From Lacrimispora sp. (GTDB taxonomy: Bacteria; Bacillota; Clostridia; Lachnospirales; Lachnospiraceae): a stretch of DNA of 64,000 nt. The notes beneath the pieces are model-generated. The model was not told where the DNA came from. It made no database searches and saw only the letters and a list, made by a program, of their open reading frames with translations. Of this stretch, positions 20,514-28,736 are shown one piece after another. The stretch lies in NCBI RefSeq assembly GCF_032064125.1, contig NZ_DAMBNZ010000012.1; one strand, given 5' to 3'. The stretch's first letter is position 1, and each line of letters begins with the position of its first letter. The translations under genes and the position numbers were made by a program.

Positions 20514-22100
20514 TTAATTGTTATCGGTCTTGGTGGTATCTTCAAATGACTTAGCTGCCACCATTCCTAATAAAAGCCAAAATATAGGAGTAGTTATTGG
20601 TAAGTTTATATTAACAAACGCCTGAACACTATAGCATATAACTCCAAACGCAACCGCAATAGTATATGGATTGTTTCTCCTATACCTGCAAGAATTCCAT
20701 ATATTGCTTATCACAAATAATAAATATGATATTAAACCTGCAAATCCAACTGTAACAAGCAAATGTAAATACTCGTTATGAGCGCTATCAAATAATTGAT
20801 TGTATGGATTATTTGCAGTTTTTTGTAAAAGAAATATGCCGAATGTTTCAGGACCAAAACCTATAATCTTCTTCCATAAGGATAATTCAGAAAAACGTTC
20901 CATCGCACTTCTCCAAATATATCCTCGATTTGTTCCCCAATTATCATTAAATACAAAATAACTACTTAAACTACCATATTTTGTAGAATTTCCCAAAATA
21001 TTTATATCATAGCAAACATAAAAAAAAGCCATTAAAATAACACTCAAAATTGAGACCCATATATATTTGAACGTATTACTATACAATTTATTTCCCCTGG
21101 ATAATCTAACATCTACACCTTTCCAAATAAATATAATTACCCATAGAGCAATCACTAGAAAATGCAGTCCCCAAAAGTTGATAACCATATTAAAAGCACT
21201 ATCAATCCCTAATACCCCATCTCCAAAGAATGAATTAATCCAATCAATACTCTGAACAACAGTAAAAAAGGTCGCTAAAATAATTAAATACTTCCGAATT
21301 CCAATTCTACTATTAAAAAGAAATAAAGGTAGTAAAGAAAATAATGCAGCCAGACTAAGATAAGCATTATCACTAACACCCATTATAATAGCAAAAAAGC
21401 TAATAATCATACAAAAATAGTAAAAAGCAGATCTCTTAGATTCTTTTGTTAAAGCAAACAATACTGTTGATATAGCCGCAATAATTCCTACATAAGCAGT
21501 ATAGGTATTAATATTACCTATCGTAGAAGTAAATATTGCTCTTTGTTCCACAACCATTGGCGCTTTAAAATTAAAAATATCCATTTTAAAATAATCTGTA
21601 ATTCCAAATAGACATACTAGAATACCTGCTATGAGAATCATATCAATATGGAACTTTTTAAATTTCCACAACCTACTCACACAAAAATATGATATTACAT
21701 ACCAAGTGATCAAAAACAATCCAGTAAATCGGCCCTCATTTCCCCAAAAAGATTCATATACATAATCTGATGCAATTGTCGATAAAACGGCAATTAAGTA
21801 GAACACAAGAACAGAACAATCTGTCAATGTCAGATTTGCAAAAATAGTTTTAAATAAATTATTACCTAATAAATTTACTTTATTGATTCGCTGTTTAAGA
21901 AAACAGCCAATTAGTAAAATAAGCATTGCAATGGTACAAATACAATAATAGTAATATTTAGCAATAAGTATATCAAAATATCTATCTCTAACGAACAAGG
22001 GAAGTCCTGCACCAACTAATATAACATACGTACCTATAACCAAAGAAACCAAAGGATTATTTTCACCCCTCTTATAACTGTTTCTATTAAACTCCGTCAT
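20514..22100 (-). CDS. O-antigen ligase/polymerase-like membrane protein (Wzy_C domain); candidate glycan ligase or O-oligosaccharyl:protein transferase
   Basis: About 12 TM segments. An external loop is followed by the FDSAHNEYLHLLVTVGFAGL block typical of the Wzy_C/O-antigen ligase family. RBS GGAAGGAG upstream. Confidence 0.7.
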   Translation of the reverse strand: MTEFNRNSYKRGENNPLVSLVIGTYVILVGAGLPLFVRDRYFDILIAKYYYYCICTIAMLILLIGCFLKQRINKVNLLGNNLFKTIFANLTLTDCSVLVFYLIAVLSTIASDYVYESFWGNEGRFTGLFLITWYVISYFCVSRLWKFKKFHIDMILIAGILVCLFGITDYFKMDIFNFKAPMVVEQRAIFTSTIGNINTYTAYVGIIAAISTVLFALTKESKRSAFYYFCMIISFFAIIMGVSDNAYLSLAALFSLLPLFLFNSRIGIRKYLIILATFFTVVQSIDWINSFFGDGVLGIDSAFNMVINFWGLHFLVIALWVIIFIWKGVDVRLSRGNKLYSNTFKYIWVSILSVILMAFFYVCYDINILGNSTKYGSLSSYFVFNDNWGTNRGYIWRSAMERFSELSLWKKIIGFGPETFGIFLLQKTANNPYNQLFDSAHNEYLHLLVTVGFAGLISYLLFVISNIWNSCRYRRNNPYTIAVAFGVICYSVQAFVNINLPITTPIFWLLLGMVAAKSFEDTTKTDNN

Positions 22101-22989
22101 GTTTTATACTCCTTCCACATTGTTATCTTTTTATACTAAATATTTTTTATTTAGTAAGTATACCATTTCATTATGTATAAAACAACTTAGCATTTTCTAA
22201 ACATACTTACAATATATTTAATCATTTACGCCTCGTAGATTAATAATTAAAAGTAAAGCTTCGGTGCTACTGACAAATGCTTTATTTATTGGAAATAGAT
22301 CTAATGATATAGCGTGCTTTAAAAAGCACCTCCAACATTTACTATAGAATCATCCAATATCACTTGCTTAGCTGTCGACTTATTTTACCCCAATAAAAGA
22401 TTATTAACAACATTAAAGCTTGATGGGACATAATTTTTTTATATTGTCGCACATTTTTTCATCTACAGAGCCCTTAAAGTTTCATTATTTATTATTTTGT
22501 TTTACCAGTTCACCTGTGACTAGGTGCATATCTTTTTAATACCATTTGATCATATACTAAATCCTTTTTAATTGATTTTGAAAATATTATTAATTTTCTC
22601 TGCATTTCCCCTAGCATATCAATATAATACTCACGATTCAGAAAATATCTGTTCCTATATTTATATTTTTAAATCAAAATGTCATTCAAATTATAATTAG
22701 CATTCTTTTCCACTGCAAATATCCCATTATTTCTAATATTCTGTATTACGCAGGTATATTTAACTTTTAAAATCTCTATTCATTTTCTTTCACATAGGAT
22801 TTTTATAATTTCTCAAATGGCATCTTGCAACTCTCCACAGATTGCCTTCCTTCTAACTTCGAATGCAAAGCCGATATGATATTTGTAATTCCAGGTTGTG
22901 TGTGTTAATGCATTCTTGTCCTTTTAGATACCTCCAGCTATAATAAATGTGTCTTACGAGCCCACATTTACTATCGCTGGAGATTTTCA

Positions 22990-23132
22990 TTATAACTGTA
23001 AGTTTTATTAAATGCATTTCATGTGGAATTGCAAAGGAAGTTTCTATGGAATCCTCAATTTCAAAATTTTCGAACTCCGATACTTCACTGTACGTCATAG
23101 AAAAAATGGTCGGGATATGGAGACTTATTTCG
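22990..23132 (+). mobile_element. 3'-end remnant of a second ISL3-family copy
   Basis: The segment aagtttctatggaatcc...catagaaaaaatggtcgggatatggagacttatttcg is clearly homologous to the 3' end of the adjacent ISL3 copy (24,420-24,515), including its terminal repeat. Confidence 0.4.
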
Positions 23133-23257
23133 TATGCCCAAAAACAACATACAATAGAACCAACTATTAAAAGTTCTATACTGAATGTTGGAGTGTACTT
23201 AAAAAGCATTCTTCCAACATTCTTTTTGTTATATTAAATTACATTTATATGAAGCCT

Positions 23258-24515
23258 CCTAAATACATATCCCCGACCAAAGTTCAATGCTAACGGAGGT
23301 GAACTCTTATAGATGTACCCTAATTATAGCAAGGCTTTCTTAGAACTAAAAGATGTTTTTATAATAAAAGTAATTCATGCTGACTCCGTTTTAAGAATTT
23401 TTATTGAAACCAAATCCTCTGAGCAGATCTGTCCTTGCTATGGCTGCAAAACAAAAAGAGTTCATGACTATCGAATCCAGGAAATTGATGATATCATTTT
23501 TTAAGGAAAAACCGTCACTCTGGTCTTTCGCAAATGGCGCTATCTCTGTACTTCCTGTGGAAAACGTTTTTGAGAACACTATTCTTTTCCTCCTTCCTAT
23601 CACCGCAAAACTAGGAGAGTGGCATTTTACTTTATATCTCTCGTTCGACAGATATTTTCTCTCAAGCAGGTTTCACTCCTTACTGGTATTTCTGTCCCAA
23701 CGATCTGAAGGCTTTTGGATACCATCCATTATGCAATACCAGACAAACTCCCTGAGGCTGTTTCCATTGATGAATTTAAAGGCAATGCCTCTACTGGTAA
23801 ATGTCAGTGTATCCTCGTTGATTCCCAGAAACACCGTATTCTGTATATCTTGCCAGATCGCACTCAAAATCATTTGGCTGATTATTGGAGAGGCATTCTA
23901 AGAAAGAAAAGGCTGAAAGTAAAGTTCTTTGTATGTGACATGTGGCTTCCCTACGCAGAACTGGCCCGGACTTTCTTTCCTAATGCAAAGATCATCGTAG
24001 ACAAGTATCATTTCATCCGACAGGTCACATGGACGATTGAAAACGACTCCAAAAGTCCATGCCCGTTTATCTTAGGAAATACTATAAACGGAGCCGAAAA
24101 CTGATTCTGACCCGCTATAAAAAGCTGAAAGATAAAAATAAACAAGCCTGTGATTTGATGCTCCAGTATAATGATGATCTGCGCATGTCACATATGATGA
24201 AAGAATGGTTTTATGACATCTGCCATATGGAGTCCTATCGCTGCCAACAACAAGAATTCGATGATTGGATTTCTAATGCCAGAGGATGCGACATTAAAGA
24301 ATTCGAGAAATGTGCGAAAACGTTTCAGTCCTGGAGAAAGAAAAACTTAAATGCCTTTAAATATGGCATTACAAACGGTGTTACTAAGGATTTAACAACA
24401 AGATTAAAGTATTAAAACGAAGTTCTTATGGCATCCGAAACTTCAATCGGTTCCGGACCCGGATACTTCACTGCACAACATAGAAAAAATGGTTGGGATA
24501 TGGATGCTTATTTGG
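23258..24515 (+). pseudogene. ISL3-family insertion sequence; transposase split over three or more frames
   Basis: N-terminal zinc-finger region (CPCYGCKTKRVHDYR), DDE region (SIDEFKGN, FVCDMWLPY, IVDKYHFIRQ) and C-terminal NGVT...IRNFNRFR-like tail lie in different frames. The terminal repeats cctaaatacatatccccgaccaaag (23258-23282) and ggttgggatatggatgcttatttgg (24491-24515) are imperfect inverted copies. Confidence 0.7.
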
Positions 24516-24548
24516 TATGCTCAAAAACAGCATACAGTAGAATAAACC

Positions 24549-24587
24549 ATAAAAATGAGGTGGGATCCTCAGGATCCCACCTCATTT
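24549..24587 (-). terminator. Rho-independent terminator of the CWB-repeat gene
   Basis: Perfect 16-bp palindromic stem aaatgaggtgggatcc / ggatcccacctcattt (24553-24587). On the minus strand it is followed by a T run, and it lies 24 nt after the stop at 24611. Confidence 0.65.
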
Positions 24588-24610
24588 CTTACGTCAAGCC
24601 TAATCGAAAA

Positions 24611-26323
24611 TTAGTCTTCTACGTATACTGCCTCAATGTTTTCACCGCTAAGCTTGTAGTAACGATCATCGCCATCTTTAGCTTTAGCTTTTTTCTGTAC
24701 ACTACCAGAAGTATTTACTACTTTAAAATCAACACCTTTAACTTTTGCATCTTTTATAGCAGTTGTTACATCATAGTATTCCTGGTAATCATTTGCATTC
24801 TTTACGCCTTCTAAAGAAGACTCTGCATTAATGTATTCATCATCTAAGAACTGCTCTGTTGTTAAAAGAGTAATTTCTGTAAATTTACCAGTTGTCTTAT
24901 CTGTTACAGTTTTAACTACTGAATATTTATCATCTTTATCAGCTTTTAATAACATACCACCAAGATAATACTTGTCACTATCTACACCAAACTTACCCTG
25001 GCCTTTAGTGCTTCCAGATTTATTAAACAGGAAGTTGAAAGACTCACCATCAATGTCAATAGTCTGCTTACCTGTCTTCATAGCTCCATCATCACCATTA
25101 CCAAAGTAGTACAGTCTATATTCTTTAGTATTGTATAATCCAGAAACATTCTGCTTGAATGCATCTTCTGTATCAAAGTAGGAACCAGATATATCATCAT
25201 TGCCTTGAATTTCAGCAATCTTTGTAGTACTATTGCCTTCAAACTTAACTGCCTTTAAACCATCCTGCATTGCGCCAAAATTATCGAATGCATATTTCTT
25301 ACCGTTGATAGTTTTAATTTCAGAAGCAACAAGCTTACCATCTTTGTCAGAATAGTACCAGTTTGTTGAATCATCATCATAATCACCTTCGTTCAGATAA
25401 GAATCTGGAACAACCTGGAACCAACCCTTTGTTACTCTAGCGCCATCTTCAGGACTACCATAGTATCTGAATTCATGTGTGTAGTCTTTATTACCCTGGC
25501 TAGTTGTAGCTGTTGCTGGAGTTGTGGTTGTTGTAGGAGTTGCTGCAAAGTTAACCCATTCAGCATTCATACGGCCATACTCATCAAAGCTGTATTTTTT
25601 GCCATTAATGGTTTTGCCTTTTTCATCAGTCATCTTCTTACCATTAGTTTTGAAGTAGAACCAACGAGTCTGATTTTCATCATCAAATGTATTGTTGCTT
25701 GAAAGACCAGCGCCAACTTCAGTGTATTCACTATCTACGATGTCCATAGATTCCCACTGGCCCATTCTCTGAGCGCCATCATTTTCATCACCTAAATAAT
25801 AGTCGCCGTCTTTCCATTTGTCATCACCAGTAATTCTTTCGCCATTCTCACTATCAACCCAACCATATAACATCTTACCTTCATCATCGAAGAGATATTT
25901 TTTGCTGTTAATAGTTTTGAAAGATGCACTGTTGCTGGTAGTAGATGATTTGTAAGCTTTACCATTGGCACCAAAATAATACCAATGATTTAATGGATCT
26001 TCATCATCATCGCCATCGTAATCACTATTTTCAACAGAAACCCATTTGTTAGTTACCATAGAACCATTTTCATCTACATAGTAGTAGTTATCATTATCTT
26101 CAACGATAATGTCGGTAGCCATTTCACCATCATCATTAAGGAAGAACCAGTTATCTCCTGATTTTGCCCATTTCTCTGTTACCTTATCTCCGCTCTTGTC
26201 ATAGTATACCCATGTACCATTTTCTTCCTGCCAGCCAGTAGCTGCGAAAGAAGACATGGAAGCACCTAATGCAAGAAGTGCTGCTGTAGATAATACAGCA
26301 ACTAATTTAGTTTGCTTTCTCAT
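24611..26323 (-). CDS. Secreted protein with cell-wall-binding repeats (CW_binding_1 / choline-binding type)
   Basis: Signal peptide MRKQTKLVAVLSTAALLALGASMSSFA. Repeated GW..xG.WYYF..xG.M motifs with ~20-aa periodicity, plus a Thr/Pro linker (TPTTTTTPATATTS). Start moved to the ATG at 26323, which is preceded by AGGAGAG. The 49-aa extension in the track has no RBS. Confidence 0.8.
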   Translation of the reverse strand: MRKQTKLVAVLSTAALLALGASMSSFAATGWQEENGTWVYYDKSGDKVTEKWAKSGDNWFFLNDDGEMATDIIVEDNDNYYYVDENGSMVTNKWVSVENSDYDGDDDEDPLNHWYYFGANGKAYKSSTTSNSASFKTINSKKYLFDDEGKMLYGWVDSENGERITGDDKWKDGDYYLGDENDGAQRMGQWESMDIVDSEYTEVGAGLSSNNTFDDENQTRWFYFKTNGKKMTDEKGKTINGKKYSFDEYGRMNAEWVNFAATPTTTTTPATATTSQGNKDYTHEFRYYGSPEDGARVTKGWFQVVPDSYLNEGDYDDDSTNWYYSDKDGKLVASEIKTINGKKYAFDNFGAMQDGLKAVKFEGNSTTKIAEIQGNDDISGSYFDTEDAFKQNVSGLYNTKEYRLYYFGNGDDGAMKTGKQTIDIDGESFNFLFNKSGSTKGQGKFGVDSDKYYLGGMLLKADKDDKYSVVKTVTDKTTGKFTEITLLTTEQFLDDEYINAESSLEGVKNANDYQEYYDVTTAIKDAKVKGVDFKVVNTSGSVQKKAKAKDGDDRYYKLSGENIEAVYVED

Positions 26324-26389
26324 AATTAATGCACTCTCCTTTTTCTCTTTGAAATACTTTTCTGAAATTCCTAATAGCATTACGAGGTA

Positions 26390-26418
26390 ATTATACTTCG
26401 TCAAATGGAAATTATCAA
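26390..26418 (-). promoter_or_regulatory. Sigma-A type promoter candidate for the CWB-repeat gene
   Basis: On the minus strand, TTGATA then a 17-nt spacer then TATAAT, about 65 nt upstream of the ATG at 26323. Confidence 0.45.
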
Positions 26419-26687
26419 TACTTTTTTTACATTTTTTGCATATTTTGCGAAAAACGGAAAAAATTAACATTTCCGGCAGAAGCTATCAATTCCTCCATCA
26501 CATGGTACATTATAATACATTTACTGGGAAATTACTATAACTTTTATCTGTTCATTTTCTTACATAATCTTTACGAAATTGGATTATTTTGTAAAGATTG
26601 TATTTTTATGTATACATAACTCTCGTTTTTGTGGAAACATGGCTTAATGTCGCTTTTTTCTATTAATATTTTATTATGAATCTAATA

Positions 26688-26715
26688 TTGATTTTTACCA
26701 ATTCGATGGTATAAT
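26688..26715 (+). promoter_or_regulatory. Sigma-A type promoter candidate with extended -10 for the HTH-LicC-LicA gene
   Basis: TTGATT (26688-26693), a 16-nt spacer ending in TGg, then TATAAT (26710-26715), about 80 nt upstream of the ATG at 26794. Confidence 0.5.
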
Positions 26716-26793
26716 GTTCACATAATTACATTTTCACTATAATATTGAACATCATCCTAAATCATATACTTTATACACGGAGGTTTTACTGCT

Positions 26794-28620
26794 ATGGATC
26801 GTAACGTTATTATCTGCCGCTCAATCTATGAGAACCCAGCTGTTACACAGAGAGAGCTGGCTAAGGAGCTCCATATTTCCCTTGGAACTGCCAATAGTTT
26901 GGTAAAGGAGTGTTTGGACAAGCAGCTCATTTCAATTAACAAAGGAAATGATTCCTATCAACTTTTGCCTAAGGGTCAATCTCTATTAGAAGCAAACAAG
27001 GTAGACGGCGCAATCATTATCGCTGCCGGCTTTGGTTCTCGCTTTGTTCCTCTTACCTTTGAAACACCCAAAGGACTTTTAGAGGTTTTTGGAGAGCGCA
27101 TGATTGAGCGTCAGATTCGCCAGCTTCATGAGGTTGGAATCACTGATATCACCATTGTGGTAGGATATTTGAAAGAAAAATTTGAATACCTTATTGATAA
27201 ATATCAAGTCAAGCTTTTATATAATTCAGAATATTCCAAGAAAAACACACTTACCACCATTTATCAAGCCAGAGAACTTTTCCGTGATAAAAACATGTAC
27301 GTTCTTTCCTCGGATAACTGGATGAGACATAACATGTACCATACTTATGAAGGAGGTGCATGGTATTCCTCCTCTTATATGGAAGGAGAAACTTCAGAAT
27401 GGTGTCTTGATTATAATAAGAAGGGACGCATTCTTAATGTATTTGTGGGAGGTAAAGACCAGTGGGTAATGTATGGGCCTGCCTTTTTCTCAAAATCATT
27501 TTCCAGTAAATTTCTACCAGTTTTAGAAGAATATTACCATCTTCCTGGGACAGAGCAGTTTTACTGGGAGAATGTTTATATGGAAATATTATCTGGGGAG
27601 GCGGCGAAAAGGTTGCCTGATGTGCCGGAGGCAAAGCAGGAAATTGATCTGTATATCAACCGTAGGCAAGCGGATGAAGTCTATGAGTTTGAAAATCTAG
27701 AGGAGCTTCGCCAGTTTGATGTGAAATATCAGCGTCATTCTGATAACGAGGCCATGGAATTGGTTTCTAAGGTATTTGAGGTTCCTGAATCTGAAATTAC
27801 AGAGATTCGTTGTCTAAAAGCTGGAATGACGAATAAATCATTTCTATTTAAAATTAAGGACCGCCATTATATCTGCCGGATCCCAGGGCCTGGGACTGAG
27901 CTTTTAATCAACAGGCAGCAAGAAAAAGATGTTTATGATGCCACCCACGATCTGGGGATTACGGAAAAGATCGTTTACTTTAGTGGGGAAACAGGATATA
28001 AGATTGCGGAGTTTTACGAAGGAGCTCAAAATGCAGATCCTGAAAATGAAGATGAAATCAAGCGGTGTATGAGGCTTGTTCGTAAATTTCATCAATCTGG
28101 CTTAAAGGTTCCCCATTCCTTTGATTTTAAGGAGAGAATTGAGTTCTATGAGAAGCTTTGTAAGGCTCATGGTGATATATTGTTTGATGATTATAACTTG
28201 GTGCGTGGTTACATGAAAGAGCTTTTAGACCAGCTTGACGGGCTGGGGCATGAAAAGGTTCTCTCCCATCTGGATACGGTGGTGGATAATTTCCTCATAC
28301 TGCCTAATGGAGAAATCAGGTTGATTGACTGGGAGTATGCTGGAATGTGCGATCCTTTGGTGGACATTGCCATGTGCTCGATTTATTCCTATTATAATGA
28401 AGAGCAGACGGATGGGCTGATTGAGACTTATTTTGAACGTGAACCTTCTATGGAGGAACGGTTTACCGTGTATGCATATATGGCTCTTGGAGGATTTTTA
28501 TGGAGCCTTTGGGCTATTTATAAGGCATCTCTTGGTGAGGAATTTGGCGAATATACCCTAATCATGTACCGATACGCTAAGAACTACTATAAAAAATGCG
28601 GTGAAATTGTATTAGTATGA
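26794..28620 (+). CDS. Three-domain protein: winged-helix HTH, LicC-like nucleotidyltransferase and LicA-like choline/ethanolamine-type kinase
   Basis: HTH: TQRELAKELHISLGTANSLV (aa 1-65). NTP-transferase P-loop: GAIIIAAGFGSRFVPLTFETPKGLL. Kinase Brenner motif HLDTVVDN plus LIDWEYAGMCDPLVDIA, which resembles the choline-kinase motif. RBS GGAGG upstream. Confidence 0.7.
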   Translation: MDRNVIICRSIYENPAVTQRELAKELHISLGTANSLVKECLDKQLISINKGNDSYQLLPKGQSLLEANKVDGAIIIAAGFGSRFVPLTFETPKGLLEVFGERMIERQIRQLHEVGITDITIVVGYLKEKFEYLIDKYQVKLLYNSEYSKKNTLTTIYQARELFRDKNMYVLSSDNWMRHNMYHTYEGGAWYSSSYMEGETSEWCLDYNKKGRILNVFVGGKDQWVMYGPAFFSKSFSSKFLPVLEEYYHLPGTEQFYWENVYMEILSGEAAKRLPDVPEAKQEIDLYINRRQADEVYEFENLEELRQFDVKYQRHSDNEAMELVSKVFEVPESEITEIRCLKAGMTNKSFLFKIKDRHYICRIPGPGTELLINRQQEKDVYDATHDLGITEKIVYFSGETGYKIAEFYEGAQNADPENEDEIKRCMRLVRKFHQSGLKVPHSFDFKERIEFYEKLCKAHGDILFDDYNLVRGYMKELLDQLDGLGHEKVLSHLDTVVDNFLILPNGEIRLIDWEYAGMCDPLVDIAMCSIYSYYNEEQTDGLIETYFEREPSMEERFTVYAYMALGGFLWSLWAIYKASLGEEFGEYTLIMYRYAKNYYKKCGEIVLV

Positions 28621-28736
28621 CATTTTTGGAAATTTGTCTGCAAATCGTAATAAAATGTTTAGGTTTTCCAGCTGCTCCTATGCTATAATGGCAATATGTG
28701 TAAATAGTTATGATAGAACAGGAGGAAGAGAACGGT

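Noticed and set aside
22101-22852. ~750 bp AT-rich gap upstream of the ligase-like gene, examined for small genes, RNAs or repeats.
   Set aside because: Only a short 6-7 bp hairpin (gtgcttt/aaagcac) and no convincing ORF, promoter pair or repeat. It probably holds the promoter region plus decayed DNA, and nothing there can be supported by eye.
22853-23237. ORFs 22853-23209 (-) and 22947-23237 (+).
   Set aside because: They overlap each other and the ISL3 3'-end remnant. No RBS or motif, so most likely non-coding debris.
24428-24814. 128-aa plus-strand ORF spanning the ISL3 end, the terminator hairpin and the 3' end of the CWB gene.
   Set aside because: It crosses a perfect terminator hairpin and runs antisense to a well-supported gene. 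Its first part is the frameshifted ISL3 C-terminus.
26324-26470. N-terminal extensions given by the ORF track. Examples: 24611-26470, 36453-37157, 46485-47549, 48852-50486, 50519-51703, 28710-29870 and 43540-44916.
   Set aside because: In each case an internal start codon with a strong GGAGG-type RBS lies immediately before a signal peptide or a conserved N-terminus. The extensions lack an RBS or overlap upstream genes or terminators.
26794-28620. Alternative reading of the kinase/nucleotidyltransferase fusion as AmgK/MurU (MurNAc recycling).
   Set aside because: Kept as a caveat only. The DWEYAG...D motif after the Brenner motif looks more like choline/ethanolamine kinases, and the flanking CW_binding_1 proteins fit a choline-type decoration. 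An HMM comparison is needed to settle it.
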